Below, piece after piece: positions 9,668-20,171 of a DNA stretch of 64,000 nucleotides. Origin of the DNA: an uncultured delta proteobacterium (GTDB lineage Bacteria; Desulfobacterota; Desulfobacteria; Desulfobacterales; JAFDCJ01); contig CAVYNY010000013.1 of assembly GCA_963769935.1 (NCBI GenBank), forward strand, positions 32,001-96,000. Reading direction: 5' to 3'. Position 1 is the first letter of the stretch; the number at the start of each line of letters is the position of its first letter. A program made the translations under genes and the position numbers. The notes below the pieces were generated by a model that did no database searches, was not told the DNA's origin, and was given only the letters and a program-made list of their open reading frames with translations.

Positions 9668-11593
9668 ATGATCGAAATTCGACTGATTCCTGAGAAAGAA
9701 TTTAGACGCGTCCGCGCATCAAATATTGACAAGCATGCGAAACTGCATTTATTGGCCGATATGTGCCGCGCCAATGCCATCGCCACCGTGAAACGGGCCG
9801 GATCCGGACATTTGGGGTCCAGTTTCAGCTCACTGGATATCGTTTCCACCCTGTACTTCGCCGAAATGAACATTGCGGAGTTGGGCATCGCCCACCCGGA
9901 TCGGGATATCTACTTTTCCTCCAAAGGCCATGATGTTCCGGGGCACTATGCGGTGCTCTATGGTTTGGGCCTGCTGTCAAAGGAAAAATTCATCAATCTG
10001 AGACGTCACGGCGGCACCCACGGCCATCCGGATGTAAGCATGCCCGGCATCGAAGCCAATTCGGGATCGCTGGGCATGGGAATATCCAAAGCCAAAGGAA
10101 TGGCATGGGCCAAAAAAGCGAAAGGATCCGGCGGTCGGGTTATGGTAATGACCGGGGACGGCGAACTCCAGGAGGGGCAAATCTGGGAGTCTTTGCAAAC
10201 CACCGCCCATCAAAAAGTCAACAATCTTATCGTCATTGTCGACTACAACAAGTTTCAGTCGGATAAAGCCCTTAAACACATCATCGATCTGGGTGATCTG
10301 GGCGCAAAGTTTGCCATGTTCGGCTGGCACGTCGAACGCTGCAACGGGCACGACTTTGCCGCATTGGCGGAAGTATTTGCCGGATTCAAAAGGGTTTCGG
10401 ACAAACCGAAGGTATTGATTGCCGACACGATCAAAGGCAAGGGCATTTCATTCATGGAAAGTCCGACGGAATCACCGGACGAACAATATCTCTACAAATG
10501 GCATGCCGGAGCTCCCGATGATGATACATTTGAAGCCGGATATCACGAGCTTCTCCAAGGTTTAAAACATCGATTTCAAAATTTAGGCCTGGAAGCCTTG
10601 AAGAGCGAAGTCATCGAGACCCGCGAAAAGAATCGGGTCAGGCTCAAGGACACGGCTGAAAAAGTCGTCGCCGCCTATGGCGAAGCCCTGGTAAAAATGG
10701 GGTCGGAAAGAGAGGATCTGGTGGTGCTGGACGCTGATTTATCGGCCGACTGCGGATTGCGGCTCTTTGAGAATGCCTTCCCGCAGCGGTTTATCGAAAG
10801 CGGCATCGCCGAGCAGGACATGGTATCCACAGCCGGCGGTCTGGCCCTGCAGGGATTGCTGCCGGTAGTCAACTCATTCGGAGTATTTTTGTCATCCCGC
10901 GCCAACGAGCAGATTTACAACAACGCCACCGAGAAAACCAAAATCATCTATGTCTGCCACTATGCCGGACTCATCCCGGCCGGACCGGGCAAATCCCATC
11001 AAAGCTTGCGGGACATATCCCTTTTTGGCGCCCTGCCGAATGTTGTTATCCTGGAGCCCTGCAACAGCCTGGAGACCCAACAGATTCTGGAGTGGTGCGT
11101 TAAAGAAGCTGAAACCAGCTGTATGATTCGGCTGGTGATTTCGCCATCTCCGCGATCTATTCGTTTGCCGGACAATTACCAGCTTTCGATGGGCCAAGGC
11201 GTCGCTCTTACCGCCGGCGCCGATGCCGTTATGTTCGCGTACGGCCCGGTAATGCTCAACGAAGCCCTGCGGGCCAGCGAGGAATTAAAAGAACGCAATT
11301 TTCAACTGAAAGTAATCAATCTGCCATGGCTTAACCGGGTCGACCCGCACTGGCTGGTCGAGGCCGTCGGCACCAGTGGGACCGTCTTCGCGCTGGACAA
11401 TCATTCAACTTACGGTGGTCTGGGGGATCATCTGCTGAATGCCATGATGAATTCCGCTGCCTTGCGCACCCGAAGACTGATCAAATACGGTGTCGAGGAG
11501 TATCCTGCCTGCGGAACCCCTGCCGAAGCACTGGCATACCACAAGCTGGACGGACCGAGCCTGGCCGCCCGCATATTGCAGGCCATGGAGTAA
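9668..11593 (+). CDS. Transketolase-like ThDP enzyme (full length)
   Basis: GSGHLG, SKGH, GSLGMG, GDGELQEG...DYN ThDP motif, GIAEQ; ATG at 9668 follows an AAGGAG RBS. Confidence 0.9.
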   Translation: MIEIRLIPEKEFRRVRASNIDKHAKLHLLADMCRANAIATVKRAGSGHLGSSFSSLDIVSTLYFAEMNIAELGIAHPDRDIYFSSKGHDVPGHYAVLYGLGLLSKEKFINLRRHGGTHGHPDVSMPGIEANSGSLGMGISKAKGMAWAKKAKGSGGRVMVMTGDGELQEGQIWESLQTTAHQKVNNLIVIVDYNKFQSDKALKHIIDLGDLGAKFAMFGWHVERCNGHDFAALAEVFAGFKRVSDKPKVLIADTIKGKGISFMESPTESPDEQYLYKWHAGAPDDDTFEAGYHELLQGLKHRFQNLGLEALKSEVIETREKNRVRLKDTAEKVVAAYGEALVKMGSEREDLVVLDADLSADCGLRLFENAFPQRFIESGIAEQDMVSTAGGLALQGLLPVVNSFGVFLSSRANEQIYNNATEKTKIIYVCHYAGLIPAGPGKSHQSLRDISLFGALPNVVILEPCNSLETQQILEWCVKEAETSCMIRLVISPSPRSIRLPDNYQLSMGQGVALTAGADAVMFAYGPVMLNEALRASEELKERNFQLKVINLPWLNRVDPHWLVEAVGTSGTVFALDNHSTYGGLGDHLLNAMMNSAALRTRRLIKYGVEEYPACGTPAEALAYHKLDGPSLAARILQAME

Positions 11594-11798
11594 GGCCTAT
11601 AAATTACTGAAGGTATTTTTTAACAGGATTAATGCACGCGCAATTGCGCATAAACACTGACAGCAAAAAATTAAATGCGCAGCATAAAGTAATTAATCCG
11701 CCGGAGCTTCGATCTTAGGACCTTCTTCAACTTTATAAAGAACACCTCACACCCCTGAAGATGCTATTCTTAGGGGCGGATTAATCAGGAGTATTTAA

Positions 11799-12788
11799 AT
11801 GGAAATAAACGGAAGCCGGATTCTTGTTATCGGCGGCGCGGGATTGATCGGATCACATGTCGTTGAACAACTGCTTAAGGAAGATATAAGGGAAGTTATC
11901 GTTTTCGACAATTTTTGCCGCGGCACCCATGAAAATCTATCCGGCGCCTTAAAAGATGACCGGTGTCGCATCTTTGAAATCGGAGGAGATATTCTTCAAA
12001 CCGATATCTTGAATGCCGCCATGCAGGGTGTCGATGGTGTTGTCCATCTGGCGGCGCTTTGGCTGCTGCAATGCCACGAATATCCGCGGGCCGCCTTTGA
12101 TGTGAATATCCGCGGGACCTTCAATGTGCTTGAAGCCTGTGTAAAAAACAACATCAAACGCCTGGTTTATTCCTCCTCCGCATCCGTCTATGGAGATGCC
12201 GTCGAAGAGCCGATGACTGAAAATCATCCCTACAATAACTGGACCTTTTACGGGGCTACGAAAATTGCCGGGGAGCACATGTTCAAATCGTTTCATAAGC
12301 GCTACGGCTTGCAAGGCGTGGGGTTGAGATACATGAATGTTTATGGCCCGCGTCAGGATTACAGAGGGGCCTATATCGCCGTCATGATGAAAATACTGGA
12401 TAATCTTGATAAGGGAATCTCTCCGGTGGTTTTCGGAGACGGCAGTCAGGCTTATGATTTTATTTATGTCGAAGATACGGCGCGCGCCAATGTGTGCGCC
12501 TTAAAAAGTGAAACTCCGTTCGGTTTCTACAACGTAGGACGCGGCATAAAGACATCCATAAAAAAATTAACAGAAATTATCCTGGAAATCAGCGGCTCGA
12601 ATCTGCCCATCTTATACGAGCCGGCCGGCCAGACGTTTGTCACAAACCGCGTGGGGGATCCTGAAGCCGCGGCGCGAGATCTGGGATTTAAGTGGACGGT
12701 TGATTTGGCTGAAGGGTTGCAAAAGCTGATCGATTGGCGCAAGCTCCATATAGCGGCCGGCCGCCGAAGCGGAGATAATTTAAATTAA
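11799..12788 (+). CDS. NAD-dependent nucleotide-sugar epimerase/dehydratase
   Basis: GGAGLIG, SSASVYG, YGATK, RYMNVYGPRQ. Confidence 0.92.
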   Translation: MEINGSRILVIGGAGLIGSHVVEQLLKEDIREVIVFDNFCRGTHENLSGALKDDRCRIFEIGGDILQTDILNAAMQGVDGVVHLAALWLLQCHEYPRAAFDVNIRGTFNVLEACVKNNIKRLVYSSSASVYGDAVEEPMTENHPYNNWTFYGATKIAGEHMFKSFHKRYGLQGVGLRYMNVYGPRQDYRGAYIAVMMKILDNLDKGISPVVFGDGSQAYDFIYVEDTARANVCALKSETPFGFYNVGRGIKTSIKKLTEIILEISGSNLPILYEPAGQTFVTNRVGDPEAAARDLGFKWTVDLAEGLQKLIDWRKLHIAAGRRSGDNLN

Positions 12789-12841
12789 ATGACCTAAGGT
12801 ATAAATCCTAAACAGCACTGCGTTATAAGCAAGAATGAATC

Positions 12842-13945
12842 ATGAAAATCCCGTTAATAAAGCCTTACATTACCGAAGAAATAAAGGCGCGCGTCGCTGA
12901 GGTCCTTGACAGCGGCTACCTGACTGAGGGCCCTGTGACCCGGCAGTTTGAAGAATCCATCGAGAATTATACCGGCTGCAAATTCGCTCTGGCAGTATGC
13001 AATTGCACAGTTGGTTTGGAAATGGCCCTGCGGGCTTTAAAAATCGGACCGGGTGATGAAGTCATTGTACCGGACTATACGTATCCGGCGACGGCGTCGG
13101 TCGTTGAAATCGTCGGCGCAAAAATAGTAATTGTCGATGTCGATCCGGGCGATATGCTCATCGATTATGAGGCGCTTGAAAAGGCGATTACCAGCCGGAC
13201 GAAAGCCATTATTCCGGTGTCCATTTTCGGCAATCCCCTTGATTATTCCAAATTGTGGGATATCAAAAAAAAACATGATCTTTATCTGGTTGAAGATGCG
13301 GCCTGCTCCATTGGGGCTCAATATGACGGAATACATGCCGGCAACCTGGCAGATATCTCGGTTTTCAGCTTCCACCCGCGCAAGTTTATAACCACCGGCG
13401 AGGGCGGCATGGTAACGACCAACAGCCGGCAGTGGGCGGAGTGGATGGAGTCCTACAAGCATTTCGGCATGGGCGTGCATGATTCCAGGATCGGCACCCG
13501 GTTTGAGGCCATCGGCACAAATTATAAATTAAGCAATATCCAGGCCGCGATCGGTCTGGAGCAGATGAAACAGATTGATCTGCTTTTGGCGGAACGCAAG
13601 CGGATTGCAACCAAATATCGCGAGTATTTCGACGAACAGCCCGGAATATCTTTGCCAAAGACAACCCCCAAAGGCACCCACTCCTGGCAGTCTTGCTGCA
13701 TTTTTACCGGGCGGCGGGATGGGATCATTGAAAGGCTGAGAGAAAAGCAGATCGAGACCCAAATCGGAACCTATGCCTTGCATCTGCACCCGGCGTTTAA
13801 CCAAAACTCAAACTGCCGCATCGCCGGCGAAATGTCCGGCAGCCGCTATGCTTTCGATCATTGCTTAACCTTACCGCTTTACCACGATATGATGGATGAA
13901 GAACTGGAGTTTGTCGTATCGAATCTTCTGAAGTGCATGCGGTAG
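12842..13945 (+). CDS. DegT/DnrJ/EryC1 sugar aminotransferase
   Basis: GPGDEVIVP, VEDAAC, SFHPRKFITTGEGG. Confidence 0.93.
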   Translation: MKIPLIKPYITEEIKARVAEVLDSGYLTEGPVTRQFEESIENYTGCKFALAVCNCTVGLEMALRALKIGPGDEVIVPDYTYPATASVVEIVGAKIVIVDVDPGDMLIDYEALEKAITSRTKAIIPVSIFGNPLDYSKLWDIKKKHDLYLVEDAACSIGAQYDGIHAGNLADISVFSFHPRKFITTGEGGMVTTNSRQWAEWMESYKHFGMGVHDSRIGTRFEAIGTNYKLSNIQAAIGLEQMKQIDLLLAERKRIATKYREYFDEQPGISLPKTTPKGTHSWQSCCIFTGRRDGIIERLREKQIETQIGTYALHLHPAFNQNSNCRIAGEMSGSRYAFDHCLTLPLYHDMMDEELEFVVSNLLKCMR

Positions 13946-14007
13946 TAAAACGGAAAATTTTGCTGGCGTTTGATATTTCTTATTTACATGGGTATAGGAA
14001 ATTTTAA

Positions 14008-14952
14008 ATGAGGATCGTTTTCATCGGCTCCACTAAATTCGGAATGCGTTGCATGCACGGAGCGCTGGAGTTGATTGACTGCGAACTGGTGGGGGTTGTC
14101 ACGGCTCCTCAAACTTTTGCCATTTCCTATAGACCTGAAGGTGTTTTCAACGTTTTGCATGCAGACATTGCGAGCTATTGCCGCCTTAATAATATTCCCT
14201 ATAGCGTGATGCAACATAGTATGAACGATGAGCGGCTCATCGGCTTGGTTCGCAGCTGGCAGCCGGAAATATTCCTTGTAGCCGGCTGGTACCATATGGT
14301 CCCTAAAAGTTGGCGCACCTTAGCTCCTGCGTATGGATTGCACGCATCATTACTTCCCGACTACAGCGGCGGTGCACCGCTAGTTTGGGCCATAATCAAC
14401 GGGGAAGAGAGAACTGGCCTGACCCTGTTTCAGCTTGGCGATGGTGTAGACGACGGGCCGATTGTGGGGCAAGCAGAAACTCAAATAAGCTATGACGACA
14501 CAATCGGAACTCTTTATTCGCGTATCGAAGAAATGGGTATTGAACTCATCAATAAACATCTGCCTCAGATCGCCCGGGGTAGCGCAAAATTGATACCACA
14601 GGATGAAAGCAAGCGGCGTGTTTTCCCGCAACGGGGACCTTGTGATGGCAGAATCGATTGGTCACTGCGTGCACATCAGATATATAACTTTATACGTGCA
14701 CAGACCAAACCATATCCGGGTGCATTTACTACCTCGCAGGGGAAAGAGCTATCGATTTGGAGAGCAAGGCCAAAAGATAGACTACCAGGCGCATCATTTG
14801 CATCTGGTGAAATTCTGCCTGATATAGATGGCACTTTTGTTAATACTGGCCTTGGAACGATAGAAATATTGGAGGCGACGTATGACGGCCAAATCTTTAA
14901 TGGAAAAGAATTGAGGCAAAATTGTCGTGAGGGTGAAATCTTTGGGATATAG
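14008..14952 (+). CDS. Fmt-like (sugar N-)formyltransferase
   Basis: HASLLPDYSGGAP, GVDDGPI, IRAQTKPYPGA. Confidence 0.85.
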   Translation: MRIVFIGSTKFGMRCMHGALELIDCELVGVVTAPQTFAISYRPEGVFNVLHADIASYCRLNNIPYSVMQHSMNDERLIGLVRSWQPEIFLVAGWYHMVPKSWRTLAPAYGLHASLLPDYSGGAPLVWAIINGEERTGLTLFQLGDGVDDGPIVGQAETQISYDDTIGTLYSRIEEMGIELINKHLPQIARGSAKLIPQDESKRRVFPQRGPCDGRIDWSLRAHQIYNFIRAQTKPYPGAFTTSQGKELSIWRARPKDRLPGASFASGEILPDIDGTFVNTGLGTIEILEATYDGQIFNGKELRQNCREGEIFGI

Positions 14953-15025
14953 AGGTTCCAATCAAATTGCTTGAAAAAGCTTGATTTGGCAGAAATCAAT
15001 TGTCGTTAAAAGCTCGAATTTTATT

Positions 15026-16918
15026 ATGTGTGGAATTTGTGGCATATTTAATTTAAATGGCGGACCGGTCTCGCCCGTTTTCTTACGGAAAATGACCGAT
15101 TCCATTGCGCATCGAGGACCGGATGGCGAAGGCTTTTTCATTGACAGCTTCATCGGCCTGGGCCACAGGCGGCTTGCCATCATAGACCTGTCACCTTTAG
15201 GGCACCAGCCCATGGTATCCGGAGATGGGCAATATGCGATTACCTATAACGGCGAGATATATAACTTCCAGGAACTGCGTGTCGAGCTGGAGGCATTAGG
15301 CTACCCGTTCCGGTCACGAACCGATACCGAGGTCGTTCTGAATGCTTACGCCAAATGGGGCCCCCGGTGTGTTGAAAAATTCAATGGGATGTTTGCATTT
15401 GCCATCTGGGACAAAACCCGGCAGGAATTATTTCTGGCTCGGGACCGCTACGGCATTAAACCCTTATATTACACATATTCCGGAAATCAATTTCTATTTG
15501 CTTCGGAGCAAAAAGCCATTATCACCCACCCGGCTCTAAATCGTGAAATCGATTTAGAAGCCTTGTTGGAGTATTTTACCTTCCAAAACATATTTACCAA
15601 TAAAACGCTTTTAAAGGGAATTAGCCTCTTTCCCGCCGGATGCTATGCCAAGCTCCCTCTAGGATCTTTGAACAGCAATACTTCAGCTCTTGATATTTTC
15701 CGATACTGGGATTTCGATTTCAGCGAACCCGACGCTGTTGCCACTGAACAGGAGTATCTCGAAGAACTTGACCGCCTTTTCAGGCAGGCCGTCAGCAGGC
15801 AACTTGTAAGCGACGTAGAGCTGGGAGCCTATTTAAGCGGGGGGATGGATTCAGGATCTATCACGGCCCTTGCAGCCACGCAGCTGCCGTATATCAAAAC
15901 GTTTACCTGTGGATTTGATCTGCACTCCGCCTCGGGGCTTGAGCTTGGGTTCGATGAGAGGCAAAAAGCGGAGTATATGTCTTATTTATTCAGGACCGAA
16001 CACTATGAGATGGTTCTGAAAGCCGGCGATATGGAAAGAGTTTTACCCGCAGTCGCCTGGCACATCGAGGAGCCGCGAGTCGGTCAGAGTTATCCGAATT
16101 TTTATGTGGCGCAACTGGCCGGCAAGTTTGTCAAAGTCGTTTTGGGCGGCACCGGCGGCGATGAGCTTTTCGGCGGTTATCCGTGGCGTTATTACCGGGC
16201 AGTCATAAACGATGATTTTGAACAGTATATTGATAAATATTATCTTTACTGGCAACGTTTAATACCGAACACCACCATTCAAAAAGTTTTCAGACCAATC
16301 TGGCCTGCGGTAAAGCATGTTTGGACACGGGATACCTTCCGTGATGTTTTCATCACAAAGCCGGATAAAATTTCCGGACCGAGAGACTATGTCAACCTGT
16401 CATTGTATTTTGAGGCCAAAACATTTCTCCATGGTCTGCTGAATGTAGAAGATAAATTGAGCATGGCTCACGGACTGGAAACCCGAGTCCCATTTTTAGA
16501 TAACGATCTGGTGGACTTTGCTACAAAATTGCCGGTATCGATGAAGCTTGGCAACTTGGGTGAAGTCGTACGCTTAAATGAAAACGAACCCGGGAATAAA
16601 ACCCAAAAATATTTTCAAAAAGCCAGAGACGGAAAAATAGCTTTAAGAAGGGTGATGAACCGTTATATTCCTGATTCGATCACCAGTGGAATTAAACGGG
16701 GCTTTTCAGCACCGGATTCATCTTGGTTCAAAGGAGAAAGTATTGAGTATGTCGAAAAACTGCTCTTCAATAAACGCGCTTCGATCTTCGAATTTTTTGA
16801 TATCGACGAGGTGAAAAGATTGGTTACCGAGCATATCGAAGGCAAAAACAATCGAAGGCTGCTGATCTGGTCATTGCTTAATTTCGAATGGTGGCTGCGT
16901 CAATATATGCCAAGATGA
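15026..16918 (+). CDS. asnB: AsnB-like glutamine amidotransferase (glycan amidation type)
   Basis: N-terminal MCGI Ntn motif, HRGPD, LSGGMDS, GGDELFGGY, ETRVPFLD; inside a glycan locus. Confidence 0.92.
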   Translation: MCGICGIFNLNGGPVSPVFLRKMTDSIAHRGPDGEGFFIDSFIGLGHRRLAIIDLSPLGHQPMVSGDGQYAITYNGEIYNFQELRVELEALGYPFRSRTDTEVVLNAYAKWGPRCVEKFNGMFAFAIWDKTRQELFLARDRYGIKPLYYTYSGNQFLFASEQKAIITHPALNREIDLEALLEYFTFQNIFTNKTLLKGISLFPAGCYAKLPLGSLNSNTSALDIFRYWDFDFSEPDAVATEQEYLEELDRLFRQAVSRQLVSDVELGAYLSGGMDSGSITALAATQLPYIKTFTCGFDLHSASGLELGFDERQKAEYMSYLFRTEHYEMVLKAGDMERVLPAVAWHIEEPRVGQSYPNFYVAQLAGKFVKVVLGGTGGDELFGGYPWRYYRAVINDDFEQYIDKYYLYWQRLIPNTTIQKVFRPIWPAVKHVWTRDTFRDVFITKPDKISGPRDYVNLSLYFEAKTFLHGLLNVEDKLSMAHGLETRVPFLDNDLVDFATKLPVSMKLGNLGEVVRLNENEPGNKTQKYFQKARDGKIALRRVMNRYIPDSITSGIKRGFSAPDSSWFKGESIEYVEKLLFNKRASIFEFFDIDEVKRLVTEHIEGKNNRRLLIWSLLNFEWWLRQYMPR

Positions 16919-17120
16919 TCATTTGCATTTCGTCATCAGCAGCAGCACAAAAGACCTGAATCTTAGCAAGTTGCTGGGTACCTACAGAACGGATTGGTTC
17001 TTTTAGTTTGCTGAACGGCGGCGGGATACCGGCCTGTGCCATCGGGTTAGTTGTGTCAGATTCGCACAGAAACGTGCACCTGGTTTATAACAACTCTCAG
17101 AGGGAAAAAAATAGTCCGCA

Positions 17121-18501
17121 GTGATAAATAAAAGAGCAAGAGTGATAATTAAATATGCTGCAATCGTGCCCGATTATATTATATTTGTATTCATTTTTCC
17201 GGTTATACCTGCTGGCTTAATTTTCACGATACCGTGGATATTGAAGCAAAGGAAAATCTGGCAAACCGAGTGCAAAGGGAACCGCAAGGCGCTGATACTG
17301 CGTCGATTTACTCTGGAAAAAGTGATGAATCGCGGCTTTGGGCCTTTACTTCCGCTTTATAACCCATACTTGAAATGGGTTGGCATACTGGATCCGGTAA
17401 ACTCGCAGCAGACCAATGTTCAGATTGCAGATGGCCTTTACCTATTGACATGGAAATTGCCCAACATAGTCAGAGATAATGGAAGACTATGGATTCGCCG
17501 CGAATGCCATGATTTTTCGCGAATTGATTGCTGTTTTTAAGACGGCCCGCTATTGTGTTGACGAGCGGATAGGGGTTCTTCGCATCTACAAGCATGAATA
17601 CCCGGCCTTGCAGGCTTATCTCGTTTCAGTCTTAATAAAAATACCGTTTATCGTTGATGTGATGGGTAATTTCGAGTTAATGCGGAGACTCACCGGCAGG
17701 GTCTATTATTTTAAAAAGCTGAACAGGCTGCCATTTATCAGGATATTTGCCCGCGCTGCAACGAACTGGCTGCTTGGATTGCCGTTACGAAAGGCCTACC
17801 TAGGTACTTGGTCGAAATAAAAATAATTATGAACATGCCTTTGCATTGGGAGCTCCCCTCGACAGGCTGTCATTGCTTAGAATCAACAACTTTAACGCGA
17901 TCTATAATTCATACAATCCGGAACAGCCGCCATCAAAACCGGCGGAATACCCCTATTTGCTATTTGTCGGCCGACTCGTCGAAATCAAATATCCCGAGGA
18001 CGTCATGGCGGCTTTTGAAATTGCTGCGCCGCACATTCCCGATTACCGCCTGGTCATTATCGGCGACGGGGCTACTGCGAAATGTTATAAAGCAAAAAAA
18101 AGAACAAAGCGAATACAAAGATCGGATAATCCTCTTGGGTGCATGCGCGACCGAAATCGTTTTCGAGTGGACTGCCCATGCCAAAGTGGTTATTATGTCC
18201 CTACTCCGGCTCAACTTTAGTGGAGGCAATGCTATGCAGCATAGCCGGTTATTGCATATGATATTGAATGGCATGCTGAAATTGTAATTGATGATTATAC
18301 AGGATTTCTGGTACCTTTTGCGAATGTCGCAGCGTTGGCAGACAAATTAATCCATGTGATCCGCAATTACGAGGAGGCAAAATTAGTGGGCAAGCGCGGG
18401 CGTCGAACTGGCCCGAGTTGTCCTTTGACAAAGAAAAGATATTAGAAAAAGAGAGTATGATCTACAGACAGGTGCTGGCAGGTTCGTGGACGATAAACTG
18501 A
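17121..18501 (+). pseudogene. GT4 glycosyltransferase, multiply frameshifted (paralog of 21398-22729)
   Basis: ORF pieces 17121, 17479, 17846, 17808 and later frames align end to end with the downstream GT4; about 7-8 frame changes. May be assembly error. Confidence 0.8.
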
Positions 18502-18781
18502 TCATGGCGCACGGACTCGAAACCCGGCTTCCGTTTTTAGATAATGAACTGGTGGATTTCGCCTCACAGCTGGCTGTATCATAGGAACTGGGCAACCTGG
18601 GTGATTTAGTGGGTTTAAATGAAAATGAGCCCTGACCCAAGAGCTCACTCAAAAATACCTTCACATTTTATACGTCGCACCATGGATAGTAAATGGACAT
18701 ACTAAAGGTATTTGAAATCGAAAGCTGCTGATCTGACCCCTTCTGAATCTTGAATGGTGGCTGCGGAAGTATATAGCTTGA
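18486..18781 (+). pseudogene. Decayed fragment of an asnB-like 3' end
   Basis: Translates VDDKLIMAHGLETRLPFLDNELVDFASQLAVS*ELGNLGDLVGLNENEP* ... NRKLLI*PLLNLEWWLRKYIA*, matching the C-terminus of 15026-16918. Confidence 0.85.
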
Positions 18782-18843
18782 TAGAAAGTTCTCATTTTAT
18801 AATTTTTACTTTGATAGGATTCTATGAAATAAGGGGAAATGAT

Positions 18844-19506
18844 TTGAAAAGAATTATTATTCTTGGAGGTCATGGCGATGGAATAGTTGTCGCTTCTGCT
18901 CTGAAAGATCTCACATTATCTAATATAGATGTGGTTCCATTTGGTTTTTTGAATGACTTTGAACAATGCGGCACGACTATCAACGGACTTCCTGTTTTAG
19001 GGAAAATTGACGATGCAACACAATTTTTGGGTGAAAATGATATATACTTTGTGAGTGCATTATTAAAAGTAAAAGAAGCCTATACACGTTCTCAAAAAAT
19101 TAGAAACCTAAAAATACCAATAAATAGATTTTTCACCATTATTCATCCACAAGCCACTATTTCCCGAAGCTCAAAAATCGGCTATGGGACTTATATCGGA
19201 CCTAATGTAACAATTATGCCTAACTCTACTATCGGAAACCATTGCTCCTTGCGAGCATCGGCAAATGTAGGACACGATTGTAATGTCGGCGATTTCTGTT
19301 ATATGGGCCCGAATTCGACTTTAGCAGGACGTGTAGAGTTAGAGCAGGGGGTGCACGTTGGCCCTAATGCCTGCATACTTGAAAACACAAAAATGGGAAT
19401 GTACAGTGTTATTGGATTAGGAGCAGCAGTCATTAAAGATTTGCCGAGCTTCACAGTTGCTTTTGGTAATCCGGCAAGAATCATTGAGAGATTAAAGGCA
19501 GAGTAA
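18844..19506 (+). CDS. NeuD/PglD-family sugar acetyltransferase (left-handed beta-helix)
   Basis: ILGGHGDG N-domain, IIHP, hexapeptide repeats, VGHD, GNPAR; TTG start after AAGGGG. Confidence 0.88.
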   Translation: MKRIIILGGHGDGIVVASALKDLTLSNIDVVPFGFLNDFEQCGTTINGLPVLGKIDDATQFLGENDIYFVSALLKVKEAYTRSQKIRNLKIPINRFFTIIHPQATISRSSKIGYGTYIGPNVTIMPNSTIGNHCSLRASANVGHDCNVGDFCYMGPNSTLAGRVELEQGVHVGPNACILENTKMGMYSVIGLGAAVIKDLPSFTVAFGNPARIIERLKAE

Positions 19507-19551
19507 TTCTCAGAAATCAACAAAAGCCATTATCATTGTCAGCGAGTTTTC

Positions 19552-20163
19552 ATGCTATTCGAAAAAAAAATCCAATTTAGATTTAAAGGCACTCGCAACT
19601 ACGTTCACGGGACCGACCTGTTTGATGCAATATTAAGTATGGCTATGGTTTTTTTCAAGGAATATCCATCAAGGATTAAAGGCACCTTTCATCGCCTTTT
19701 AGCGAGCGACGCTATCTTGCGCATCTATAATGAGGGTGAAGAATTAGATCATGCCGACCCTTATGCAGCTTTTTCCATAGAGCTAAAAAGTCATTCCTAC
19801 ACCGCCAGCATCACCAACGCTAATTCCCATATTACTTCATCATATGAATATGATGAAAAGATAGTTCTTGAAAAAATGGTGATGGAGAAGGACACAGCAA
19901 AGATGCTTGCGACGTCAGCATTTACCTATATTGAGCAGATTGTAGCAATGACCAAGGAACTGCACCTGACGCTGTACCCGGATATGGTTGAAAAATGGCT
20001 GTTTACCAGGATCGACATCAAAGATGTTTTGGATCCTTCTTTATATCCGGGCCGTGAACTGGTGATAAAAGCATTAAAAAATTTCCACAATCGACTGACA
20101 CAAAATGCCGTCTTTTTGGACGATCATATGTTAGGCCATATTTGGTTCTCGAAAGCCTTCTAA
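19552..20163 (+). CDS. Hypothetical protein (FKGxRxYVHGTD motif), possibly hot-dog-fold acyl-processing
   Basis: Clean 203 aa ORF between the acetyltransferase and FabH; function is inference. Confidence 0.65.
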   Translation: MLFEKKIQFRFKGTRNYVHGTDLFDAILSMAMVFFKEYPSRIKGTFHRLLASDAILRIYNEGEELDHADPYAAFSIELKSHSYTASITNANSHITSSYEYDEKIVLEKMVMEKDTAKMLATSAFTYIEQIVAMTKELHLTLYPDMVEKWLFTRIDIKDVLDPSLYPGRELVIKALKNFHNRLTQNAVFLDDHMLGHIWFSKAF

Positions 20164-20171
20164 AGGGAAAG

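Noticed and set aside
11692..11785. Mini-element with ATTAATCCGCC inverted ends (one end also at 36823)
   Set aside because: Only an 11-bp inverted repeat, with no target duplication or transposase; too weak to call.
15026..16918. Housekeeping asparagine synthetase or lasso-peptide cyclase
   Set aside because: Embedded in a glycan locus with an intact glutaminase domain; no lasso precursor or B protein seen.
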